A stretch of DNA of 56,358 nt, from assembly GCA_041664865.1 (NCBI GenBank), contig JBAYJU010000001.1:1-56358 (forward strand), written 5' to 3'. Under the pieces are notes generated by a model. The model was not told where the DNA came from and did no database searches. It saw only the letters and a list, made by a program, of their open reading frames with translations. Positions 1-8,462 of this stretch are shown piece by piece. Position numbers and translations under genes: made by a program. How positions within the stretch are numbered: the stretch's first letter is position 1; every line of letters begins with the position of its first letter. Source of the DNA: Minisyncoccota bacterium (GTDB lineage: Bacteria; Patescibacteriota; Minisyncoccia; Phycocordibacterales; Phycocordibacteraceae).

Positions 1-122
1 TCAAACTCCTGTACATCAGCGCGTTTTCTCTTCCCTTTCACGAAATCTTTCCACGCATCAAGAAGATTCTCGACTGAGATGATATGCTCGTATGTATGAA
101 TGAATCGGATTCTTTGAGGCGA
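1..122 (-). CDS. Reverse transcriptase, N-terminal fragment (DGR-type; continues beyond window start; start codon unresolved)
   Basis: The minus frame with codons 3-5, 6-8 ... 120-122 reads SPQRIRFIHTYEHIISVENLLDAWKDFVKGKRKRADVQEF. This is the ENLLxAWxxxxKGKR-type N-terminus I recognise from DGR / group-II-like RTs. It sits next to avd and a TR/VR pair. This frame has no ATG/GTG/TTG between the stop at 189-191 and the motif. Confidence 0.6.
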
Positions 123-131
123 CCCCCCCCC
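123..131. repeat. C9 (G9 on minus strand) homopolymer at the RT 5' end, directly upstream of avd
   Basis: Read directly: ga-ccccccccc-gaggatg. It is the only long homopolymer I noticed in the window. Confidence 0.9.
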
Positions 132-135
132 GAGG

Positions 136-507
136 ATGTTGCCGGTGCTTGAGTGGATTAAACATGCGTATATCTTGTGGTATGGATTCTATCAGACCAT
201 ACCGAAGACCCATCGACACACTCTTGGCGGGAAAGTAGATGCGGAGTTTGTGGGACTTATCGAAGCGGTCGCGAGTGCCAGCTTCCTGTCGCGAGGTGAG
301 AAGCAACCATGGGTGCGACTCGCCATACGCAAGCTCGATACCCTAAAGGTGTTTTTGCTCATACTCTGGGAAACCAAATCACTTGATACAAAAAAATACA
401 TCGCGCTGTCTATGCCGCTTGATGAAGTCGGCAGAATGCTCGGCGGATGGAACGGGCAACTCACAAAGCAAAACTCGCCAGCGCAACAAGGCGCGGGCGA
501 GAAATGA
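136..507 (+). CDS. avd: DGR accessory variability determinant (Avd), four-helix-bundle / 23S-rRNA-IVS protein family
   Basis: 123-aa ORF with ..YQTIPKTHRHTLG.. and a C-terminal ..EVGRMLGGWNGQLTKQN.. basic tail, the pattern of Avd-type four-helix-bundle proteins. It lies between the RT and the TR. A GTG at 145 is an alternative start (GAGG at 132-135). Confidence 0.75.
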   Translation: MLPVLEWIKHAYILWYGFYQTIPKTHRHTLGGKVDAEFVGLIEAVASASFLSRGEKQPWVRLAIRKLDTLKVFLLILWETKSLDTKKYIALSMPLDEVGRMLGGWNGQLTKQNSPAQQGAGEK

Positions 508-513
508 AGAGAT

Positions 514-625
514 TTGCGGGAAGCAGGTACACCGGCAAGGAACCAATTGTCGTTCCAGTCGTTGTCGTTGCGATTGCAATTCACGTTCCGCTCGTCGTTC
601 CAGCGGTTGAACGTGAGGTAGCAAT
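514..625 (-). repeat. DGR template repeat (TR)
   Basis: 112 nt, identical to 975-1086 (offset 461) except at 12 positions. At all 12 this copy has T on the plus strand, i.e. A on the sense strand. The sense strand is AAC/AAT-rich (FNRWNDERNVNCNRNDNDWNDNW) and is preceded by in-frame TAG TGA. Confidence 0.85.
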
Positions 626-647
626 GTGTGGAGTGCCATCTATATCA

Positions 648-854
648 CTACCCATTGAAGCCTTGTGCGATCTCAGAGTTGTCTGCGGTGGTTCCGCGGT
701 CTTCGGCATCATAATGCCAGAGCACTTCACACCAAGTATCTTCATTTTTTGAAGTGTCTGCGTGCATCCTCCATTTGAAACCATAATCACAAATGTTCTC
801 AATGCACGGATACTGGGTTCGGTAGCGGGAAACCGTAATCGCCCGCGTATTCAC
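648..854 (-). CDS. Small hypothetical ORF (68 aa, GTG start) upstream of TR; possibly a decayed copy of the target C-terminal domain
   Basis: ORF track. The Cys/Trp pattern YPCIENICDYGFKW..W..W loosely parallels YPNCTQWGDNCYLTFDRW..W..W of the target. It ends with tandem stops TAG TGA (648-650, 645-647), and the same frame continues into the TR. Confidence 0.25.
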   Translation of the reverse strand: MNTRAITVSRYRTQYPCIENICDYGFKWRMHADTSKNEDTWCEVLWHYDAEDRGTTADNSEIAQGFNG

Positions 855-874
855 CTACTACCAATCACAGTGTA

Positions 875-912
875 CCAAAAGAAAACAGCATATCGCAGAG
901 CGATATGCTGTT
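875..912 (-). terminator. Rho-independent terminator of the DGR target gene
   Basis: 13-bp perfect stem aacagcatatcgc / gcgatatgctgtt (884-896 / 900-912) with loop aga. On the minus strand it is followed by ttttcttttgg. Confidence 0.7.
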
Positions 913-970
913 GAAAGAAGAAAGGGTTAAGAATCCAAGGGCAAGTTCTAAGTTGCCAGAGGTACAAGTA

Positions 971-1564
971 CTACTTGCGGGAAGCAGGTACACCGGCAAG
1001 GAACCAATAGTCGTCCCAGTCGTGGCCGCTGCGATCGCAACACACGCGCCGCTCGTCGTCCCAGCGGTCGAACGTGAGGTAGCAATTGTCACCCCACTGC
1101 GTACAGTTAGGGTACGCATCGGCGAATGCCGAATCGGCTTCGTTCACGGCCGCTGTAGCTCGCGGATCCGGTACGAGTCCGTACTGCGCGAGGAACGCAG
1201 GGACATCTTTCGCCGGCACAAAGCGCTTGGTCGGGACGAAGTGGACATCCACTTCCTCGCCCTCTCCAATCGGCATCGTGGCTAGCACATCTTTGTCGAC
1301 ATACTGCTTACGGCCCGTGGCGTCAATGACTTTTTGCGGGGTGCGAGTGCGGTCGACGCGAACATGGCGTTTGATGGTTCCCTCCGGGAACGCCATTGCA
1401 TGAACCGAAGACGCCCGGTTCTTCACCGCTTCGGCGAAAAGTCTGATTGCATCTTCTGTGTTCTGGATCGCCCATTGGCGACACTCAGTCGACATGATGC
1501 AGAAGTGGTGTTGATGTTCAGTTAATGCCCCAGCCAACTTGGAAATCTGTTGTTGTTCACTCAT
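971..1564 (-). CDS. DGR target (variable) protein, 197 aa, no signal peptide; fold unassigned
   Basis: Intact ORF with AAGGAG upstream of the ATG at 1562-1564. Its last 37 codons are the VR (..CYLTFDRWDDERRVCCDRSGHDWDDYWFLAGVPASRK). Confidence 0.85.
   Translation of the reverse strand: MSEQQQISKLAGALTEHQHHFCIMSTECRQWAIQNTEDAIRLFAEAVKNRASSVHAMAFPEGTIKRHVRVDRTRTPQKVIDATGRKQYVDKDVLATMPIGEGEEVDVHFVPTKRFVPAKDVPAFLAQYGLVPDPRATAAVNEADSAFADAYPNCTQWGDNCYLTFDRWDDERRVCCDRSGHDWDDYWFLAGVPASRK
975..1086 (-). repeat. DGR variable repeat (VR), 3' end of the target gene
   Basis: Partner of 514-625. There are 12 substitutions, all opposite TR adenines, changing 10 codons (TR N,N,N,N,N,N,D,N,N,N -> VR D,D,R,C,D,S,G,H,D,Y). 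The sense-3' 32 nt (975-1006) are invariant. Confidence 0.85.
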
Positions 1565-1621
1565 GGCTTTCTCCTTTATGAGAGTGTTTTTACAACGCTG
1601 TTCAAGCTAGCCCGAATGGGT

Positions 1622-1690
1622 TTCGCCACAGCAGAAAATCCCTAGGGCTGCCTGCCCCGAGCTAGTCGAGGGGCTTTCTGCTGTGGCGAA
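1622..1690 (-). promoter_or_regulatory. Long hairpin in the 5' leader of the DGR target gene
   Basis: 16-bp perfect stem ttcgccacagcagaaa (1622-1637) / tttctgctgtggcgaa (1675-1690) with a 37-nt GC-rich apical part. It lies between the putative promoter and the ATG at 1564. Confidence 0.4.
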
Positions 1691-1726
1691 TGCAAGCTTA
1701 GTCTCAAAGAGCTATGTACTGAGTGT

Positions 1727-1755
1727 ATTATTGCACGATACTATATTTCTGTCAA
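1727..1755 (-). promoter_or_regulatory. Sigma70-like promoter for the DGR target gene
   Basis: Minus strand TTGACA (1750-1755), 17-nt spacer, AATAAT (1727-1732). Confidence 0.4.
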
Positions 1756-1775
1756 ACTCACCCGAAGCGCTACAC

Positions 1776-2843
1776 CTATTCAAGCTTCCGTAATGCGAGG
1801 CCTACTGCTACCGCAAACTCAGGACCTATCTCCTCGAGTATTGGGCGCATGAATGCTGGCGCTGAAGTCTTCACAAAAGGGTCTGCCACTCGCACGTCAA
1901 TTGAGAATATCTTTTTCGCATATGCCCCGAGCGACTTCGTGACGCCGCCACCTCCAGTGAGCACGATCGAGCTGATCGACTTATTGTGCGATGTCTCATA
2001 CTGCGTCACCACTCGATGCGCCTCTGTGAAAATGCGAGAGAACACTAGCTCTAGGCTCTCATGCGCACCATCACCCTCCATCCCTTTCTCTTTCTTGACT
2101 GCCTCGGCTCTAGGAATAGAAACCCCGCTCGATACGGAAATAGCACGCGTTATGTCCTGACTACCGACACTGATAGAGTGCGAAAGCGCCACGATGCCAT
2201 GCTCGACTACATAAATCTTTGTCGATGCAGCACCAATATCGAGCACCATGACAGGCTTCACTGGCTCGTCTACCACGGCGCGTATGGTACTGAATATCTC
2301 TATCTCGTAGAAACTTGAAGAGAGTCCAGCGCCTGCAACTACCGACTGCAGGAGAGAAAGCTCGTCGTTGTGAACCGCAACAATAAGTACATCGACGGTA
2401 CTCTGTCGTTCAACATTCTCCTGAGGGCCGATTTTGGGCACGATGAACCAATCCAGCTGCACTTCGCTTATAGGCACAGGGATATATTTCCTAGCCTCTA
2501 GCTCGATGACCGTCTTCTGCTCTTTTGGGTCCTTCCGATACGGAAGTTCCACAAGAGAGAGTAGAGAGCGCGAGAATGGGATCGAGACTCCGCAACTCGT
2601 CGTAGTCACTTTCGCTTCACGCAAGAGATCCTTCAATGTCTCGACGACTTGCTCTTGCGAGAGACTCGTCGCCTGACCTACGTCGCCGCCGGCATATGGG
2701 CCGAGCGCGAGCTCGCCATATGTCTCGAGAACCGCCTGCCCCTTTTCCTTACGGAGCTGTACGACCTTCAGTGATGAAGATCCTATGTCCACACCCAAAA
2801 CACTCTTCTCCTGTTTAGAAAATAGAAAATCTAGGAACGCCAT
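1776..2843 (-). CDS. pilM: Type IV pilus assembly protein PilM (actin-like ATPase)
   Basis: N-terminus ..SVLGVDIGSSSLKVVQL.. and overall actin/FtsA-like PilM pattern; 355 aa. Confidence 0.8.
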   Translation of the reverse strand: MAFLDFLFSKQEKSVLGVDIGSSSLKVVQLRKEKGQAVLETYGELALGPYAGGDVGQATSLSQEQVVETLKDLLREAKVTTTSCGVSIPFSRSLLSLVELPYRKDPKEQKTVIELEARKYIPVPISEVQLDWFIVPKIGPQENVERQSTVDVLIVAVHNDELSLLQSVVAGAGLSSSFYEIEIFSTIRAVVDEPVKPVMVLDIGAASTKIYVVEHGIVALSHSISVGSQDITRAISVSSGVSIPRAEAVKKEKGMEGDGAHESLELVFSRIFTEAHRVVTQYETSHNKSISSIVLTGGGGVTKSLGAYAKKIFSIDVRVADPFVKTSAPAFMRPILEEIGPEFAVAVGLALRKLE

Positions 2844-2857
2844 GGGAAAATGATACC

Positions 2858-3487
2858 ATGTTCCGACTCATCGACATCATATTCCCGCCCCGCGCGGATG
2901 AGATCGTAATGCGAGACACTTCTGATGATGACTTCCTCTCGCTCGTCTCTCCACGGCTCGTGCCGGCTACACGACCTGGGACAGTAGCGCTACTACCCTT
3001 CTATCACCCGTCTGTTCGATCCGCAATTCACGAAGCGAAATATCATGGCAATGAACGCGCGCGTCGGCTCCTAGCGCTCGCTCTTGCCGAATATCTGTGC
3101 GATTCCGACGATGTAGGACATCGGAAGTCCTACATCGTGCCGGTGCCACTCGGGAAAGCTCGGCGCAGAGAACGAGGATTTAATCAGGCAGAGGAGGTCG
3201 CGCGGCGTGCAATCCATAACCTCGGGAAAGAAAGCACACAGAGATTCAAACTCGATACCAGCCTGCTCGTGCGCACTCGCGAGACTGTCTCTCAAGTCTC
3301 GCTACCGAGACTCGAGCGCGAAGAAAACATGCGCGGCGCCTTCGGCGCCGCGCATCCCGCCGACCCTACCAGCACATATCTGATTATCGACGACGTGCTC
3401 ACCACAGGTGCCACGCTCCAAGCAGCAATCGACGCGCTCAAATCTGCTGGTGCCACCAATATCATCCCGCTCGCCTTAGCGCACTAG
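2858..3487 (+). CDS. ComF-family phosphoribosyltransferase-like protein
   Basis: C-terminal PRTase motif YLIIDDVLTTGATL and GFNQAE, typical of ComFC; 209 aa. Confidence 0.75.
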   Translation: MFRLIDIIFPPRADEIVMRDTSDDDFLSLVSPRLVPATRPGTVALLPFYHPSVRSAIHEAKYHGNERARRLLALALAEYLCDSDDVGHRKSYIVPVPLGKARRRERGFNQAEEVARRAIHNLGKESTQRFKLDTSLLVRTRETVSQVSLPRLEREENMRGAFGAAHPADPTSTYLIIDDVLTTGATLQAAIDALKSAGATNIIPLALAH

Positions 3488-3504
3488 GATGCTAGAATGG
3501 AGAT

Positions 3505-4506
3505 ATGGCTGAGATGTTTAAAGGTAAACGCGCAGTGTTCCCTGCTGGAGAACAGAGAAAATTTCTAGATGGAATCTGCCAAAAAGAAACACTCGCTCGC
3601 ATTGCGCTTATCTGCAAATGCTCCGAGCGCACGGTTCGCGATTGGCGCAGAGAGAAATTCTCCATGCCGCTTGGCGCCACACACGCACTATCTACTCATT
3701 TTAACGTACCGATTTCTGAAAAGATGTGCATTCGTGATGCGTATGCACATATTCCAAGAGCAAGCCGTATGGGAGCTGCAGCAACAATCAAGAAATACGG
3801 AAGCATCCCTCGCAACGAAGAACACCGGAAGAAGCAGTGGAGACTGTGGTGGGAATCGACAGGCAAACTTGCCAAAAATCCAATTCTCGAATCAAAAATC
3901 GTTTATAGACCGAAGCATGGCGCGAAGCTCGCTGAATTTATCGGCATCATGATGGGCGATGGAGGTCTCACCATGTATCAAGCCATAGTCACACTTCACC
4001 ATGTGGATGATTTAGAATACGCTTCATTTGTGAAAGGCCTCATCAAGAGACTTTTCAAAATCGAACCAAAAATGTATCACTCTCCGAAAAATTCGGTGAA
4101 TGATATTGTCGTGTCCAGAAAAAAATTGGTTATATATCTGCATGAACTAGGGCTACCAATTGGAAACAAGATCGACCAGCGACTAGATATACCTTTGTGG
4201 ATTAGATGTAACCGAACTTTCGCGATTGCATGCTTGCGCGGACTAGTTGATACGGACGGATGTGTCTTTACGCATCGTTACCGGGTAAAGGGCACGTGGT
4301 ACGCCTACAAGAAACTCTCCTTCACGAGCGCATCGAAACCATTACTGGAATCCGTGCATGATTTATTACAAGAACTAGGATTCCATCCCAGAACAACAGC
4401 GAAAGACGTACGCCTTGATAGGACAGAAGACATAAGACGCTATTTCAAGATAATCGGAAGCCACAATCCGAAACATTTGAGAAGATACGAAAATACGCTA
4501 GGATAG
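3505..4506 (+). CDS. LAGLIDADG-family homing-endonuclease-like protein with N-terminal HTH-like region (free-standing)
   Basis: Two LAGLIDADG motifs: FIGIMMGDGGL and LRGLVDTDGCV; 333 aa. Not embedded in a recognisable intron or intein. Confidence 0.8.
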   Translation: MAEMFKGKRAVFPAGEQRKFLDGICQKETLARIALICKCSERTVRDWRREKFSMPLGATHALSTHFNVPISEKMCIRDAYAHIPRASRMGAAATIKKYGSIPRNEEHRKKQWRLWWESTGKLAKNPILESKIVYRPKHGAKLAEFIGIMMGDGGLTMYQAIVTLHHVDDLEYASFVKGLIKRLFKIEPKMYHSPKNSVNDIVVSRKKLVIYLHELGLPIGNKIDQRLDIPLWIRCNRTFAIACLRGLVDTDGCVFTHRYRVKGTWYAYKKLSFTSASKPLLESVHDLLQELGFHPRTTAKDVRLDRTEDIRRYFKIIGSHNPKHLRRYENTLG

Positions 4507-4513
4507 CGATACA

Positions 4514-4603
4514 GGATGGGTGACTGAGTGGCCGAAAGTACCACACTGCTAACGTGGCAGGAGCGAAAGCTCCTCGAGGGTTCGAATCCCTCCCCATCCG
4601 CCA
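4514..4603 (+). tRNA. tRNA-Ser (anticodon GCT), CCA encoded
   Basis: Acceptor GGATGGG/CCCATCC, 3-bp D stem, anticodon loop CT-GCT-AA, long variable arm AGGAGCGAAAGCTCCTC, T arm GAGGG-TTCGAAT-CCCTC, G-CCA. Confidence 0.9.
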
Positions 4604-4702
4604 GTAGTTTTGAAAAGCGAGCAGTGAAATCCCCTTATTTTAAGGGCCCATCTTAAAAACGAAATTTATAAAAACAGCTGAACCAGCAAGGGATTCGAAC
4701 TT

Positions 4703-5194
4703 ATGAAAATAATGATTTTTACAGAAGGTACGATTTTGATGCATAAAAATGCTTCGGGTTTGACGCGGGAAGAAATCGTTAAACAAGTTCAAGACGAAGA
4801 ATCCTCAGTTCATGATTATAGTTTTTATATACCAGTTGGTAACGCCGTTAATAAAATTAAATTATGGCAAGACCAAGGTGCTGAGATTTTGTATCTAACA
4901 TCCCGAAAGCGACAAGAAGAAATTAAAGAGATATCAGGAGTGTTAAAGAAATACGATTTTCCTGAGGGCAAGCTTCTGAGCAGAAAAGATGAGCAGGAAT
5001 ATAAGGATGTTGCAGAGGAGACGGTGCCAGACATATTTATAGAGGACGATTGTGAAAGTATCGGTGGTATCAATGAGATGACCTACACGCATATAAGCTC
5101 TGACTTAAAGGGCAAAATCAAATCAATACCCGTAAAGGAATTTGGAGGAATTGATTATTTGCCCGATTCAGTTAAAGATTTAAAAACGTTATAA
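4703..5194 (+). CDS. Hypothetical protein in an AT-rich islet (vaguely HAD-like, lacks the DxD nucleophile motif)
   Basis: 163-aa ORF. It is visibly more AT-rich than its surroundings, lies immediately 3' of tRNA-Ser and is closed by a terminator. Confidence 0.55.
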   Translation: MKIMIFTEGTILMHKNASGLTREEIVKQVQDEESSVHDYSFYIPVGNAVNKIKLWQDQGAEILYLTSRKRQEEIKEISGVLKKYDFPEGKLLSRKDEQEYKDVAEETVPDIFIEDDCESIGGINEMTYTHISSDLKGKIKSIPVKEFGGIDYLPDSVKDLKTL

Positions 5195-5233
5195 ACCTCT
5201 AACTTCGGGACATCATCACCGCAAAATCAAAAC

Positions 5234-5270
5234 ACAATCGCCGGCGCGAAGCGCCGGCGATTGTTTTTTG
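5234..5270. terminator. Bidirectional terminator hairpin
   Basis: acaatcgccggcgc-gaa-gcgccggcgattgt followed by tttttg, with an A-tract upstream. It sits between convergent genes. Confidence 0.75.
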
Positions 5271-5293
5271 ATTTGTAACAAAAACAGTGACGC

Positions 5294-5512
5294 CTATACC
5301 TGACACGAGTTGCACTGCCCTTTGCTTGTGAACACAAGCATAAGTGCCGAGAGACCTACGAGCAAGTAGACGAAAGTCTCTACTGATGGCCATGAACCGA
5401 GAAGAAGATTGACTACATTCCAATTGCCGCCCATATAAGAACCGAGCGCTACGAGCCCCCAGTTGAGCCCGCCGATGATGACGAGCAAGAACATTATGCA
5501 ATGCATTTTCAT
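5294..5512 (-). CDS. DUF378-like small membrane protein
   Basis: ..IIGGLNWGLVALG..NLLLG.. pattern; 72 aa, two TM segments. Confidence 0.6.
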   Translation of the reverse strand: MKMHCIMFLLVIIGGLNWGLVALGSYMGGNWNVVNLLLGSWPSVETFVYLLVGLSALMLVFTSKGQCNSCQV

Positions 5513-5631
5513 GCTAGATGAGAATTATTATCGCGGTGGATAACCCGCTCACAACAGTATGGCTCATTTATTGCGACCGAAAAGACACCCTGTGCAAAAC
5601 TCTCTTACAATTCAGCTATACTGACTACATC

Positions 5632-6342
5632 ATGTTTCCATCACCAATCTACGTCTCGCTGGCCGTCCTCGTTATTGTGCTCGTATTGATTCTTATGCGA
5701 CCGCGGCGATTCTTCTTCGTACGCCATGGTGAGACACTTCTGAACTCAGAGCATATCCGGCAAGGCGAAGACGGCAATCTTTCAGAAAAAGGGCGGCGGC
5801 AGGCAGCACAAGTCGGTGCAGCACTCAAGAGCCTGCCCATCGAACGCATCATCTCGAGCACCTACCCACGCGCTAGAGAGACTGCGCAGATTATCAATAC
5901 GTATCTGAATGTGCCAGTGATTTTCTCAACGCTTCTCACCGAGCGCCGCAACCCGAGCGAAATTATCGGCAAGAAGACTCATGACCCTGATGTCATACGA
6001 ATAGTTGATGCGATGGATCTCGCATATCACGATGATGACTATCGCATCTCAGATGAAGAAAATTTCTCTGATGAGAAAGAGCGTGCGCGCAAATGCCTGA
6101 ACATCCTTGCGAGCCAGGGAGCGCACGAAACAGTCGTAGTCACGCACCACCATTTTCTCAAGATGCTCATCGCGTATGCGCTATACCATGAGCGACTCCA
6201 TGCAGGTGATTTCATCAAGCTGTCGTTCTTCAACGTATCAGATAACGCCGGTATAACAGTGTGCGAATATCACCCATGGAAGATGTTCTCCGCGACTCGC
6301 GGCTGGCAGATCGTGAGCTTCAACGAAATTCCAGAAGGATAA
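5632..6342 (+). CDS. Histidine phosphatase (phosphoglycerate-mutase family), N-terminal membrane anchor
   Basis: FVRHGET motif. I placed the start at the internal ATG 5632 (MFPSPIYVSLAVLVIVLV..), because the longer ORF from 5518 abuts the divergent gene. Confidence 0.7.
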   Translation: MFPSPIYVSLAVLVIVLVLILMRPRRFFFVRHGETLLNSEHIRQGEDGNLSEKGRRQAAQVGAALKSLPIERIISSTYPRARETAQIINTYLNVPVIFSTLLTERRNPSEIIGKKTHDPDVIRIVDAMDLAYHDDDYRISDEENFSDEKERARKCLNILASQGAHETVVVTHHHFLKMLIAYALYHERLHAGDFIKLSFFNVSDNAGITVCEYHPWKMFSATRGWQIVSFNEIPEG

Positions 6343-6346
6343 AAAA

Positions 6347-6387
6347 CCAAAACACACACGGCGCTTTTGGCGCCGTGTGTGTTTTGG
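6347..6387. terminator. Bidirectional terminator hairpin
   Basis: ccaaaacacacacggcgc-tttt-ggcgccgtgtgtgttttgg, between convergent genes. Confidence 0.8.
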
Positions 6388-6392
6388 TCATC

Positions 6393-8347
<1,955 letters not shown>

Positions 8348-8462
8348 ATTGTTCTATATATAAATGAATAAACGCCCGCGCACCTGTAGGGGGAGTATAG
8401 AGAAACGCACACCTATACGCAACTTGCGCGCGGGTGTGGGTATGCTATCTTTACATGTACAG

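Noticed and set aside
192-584. 130-aa minus-strand ORF (MNCNRNDNDWNDNWFLAGVPASRK..) that begins inside the TR and runs antisense through avd.
   Set aside because: Its N-terminus is simply the translation of the TR. The rest is antisense to a well-supported avd ORF and has shadow-ORF composition. I read it as a consequence of the TR lacking the stop that ends the VR copy, not as a gene.
642-650. In-frame TAG TGA followed by an open frame: could this mean stop-codon recoding (for example the code-25 UGA=Gly of some CPR lineages)?
   Set aside because: TGA clearly terminates well-conserved genes here (avd 505-507, pheS 39402-39404, the gene ending at 15322-15324). Ribosomal proteins have normal lengths under code 11.
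4680-4702. The sequence caagggattcgaact just before the AT-rich gene resembles the tRNA-Ser T-arm (gagggttcgaatc), a possible att-site repeat.
   Set aside because: Only about 10 scattered matches, and it does not include the acceptor 3' end. This is too weak to call a direct repeat without a statistical search.
5518-5631. Longer N-terminal versions of several ORFs in the track. Track starts versus the starts I chose: 5518 vs 5632, 8364 vs 8463, 13367 vs 13448, 13315 vs 13264, 17043 vs 16977, 22002 vs 21969, 24345 vs 24324, 27750 vs 27642, 28947 vs 28902, 31929 vs 31863, 34124 vs 34025, 34902 vs 34650, 38750 vs 38591, 48688 vs 48616, 56050 vs 55990.
   Set aside because: The extensions overlap upstream genes or repeats, lack homology to the protein family, and internal ATGs give canonical N-termini and tight operon spacing.
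8348-8462. CIRCE (TTAGCACTC-N9-GAGTGCTAA) heat-shock operator upstream of groES.
   Set aside because: The motif is not present on either strand. Only an imperfect GC-rich inverted repeat (cgcccgcgca / tgcgcgcggg) with a ~43-nt spacer is there, and I cannot interpret it.
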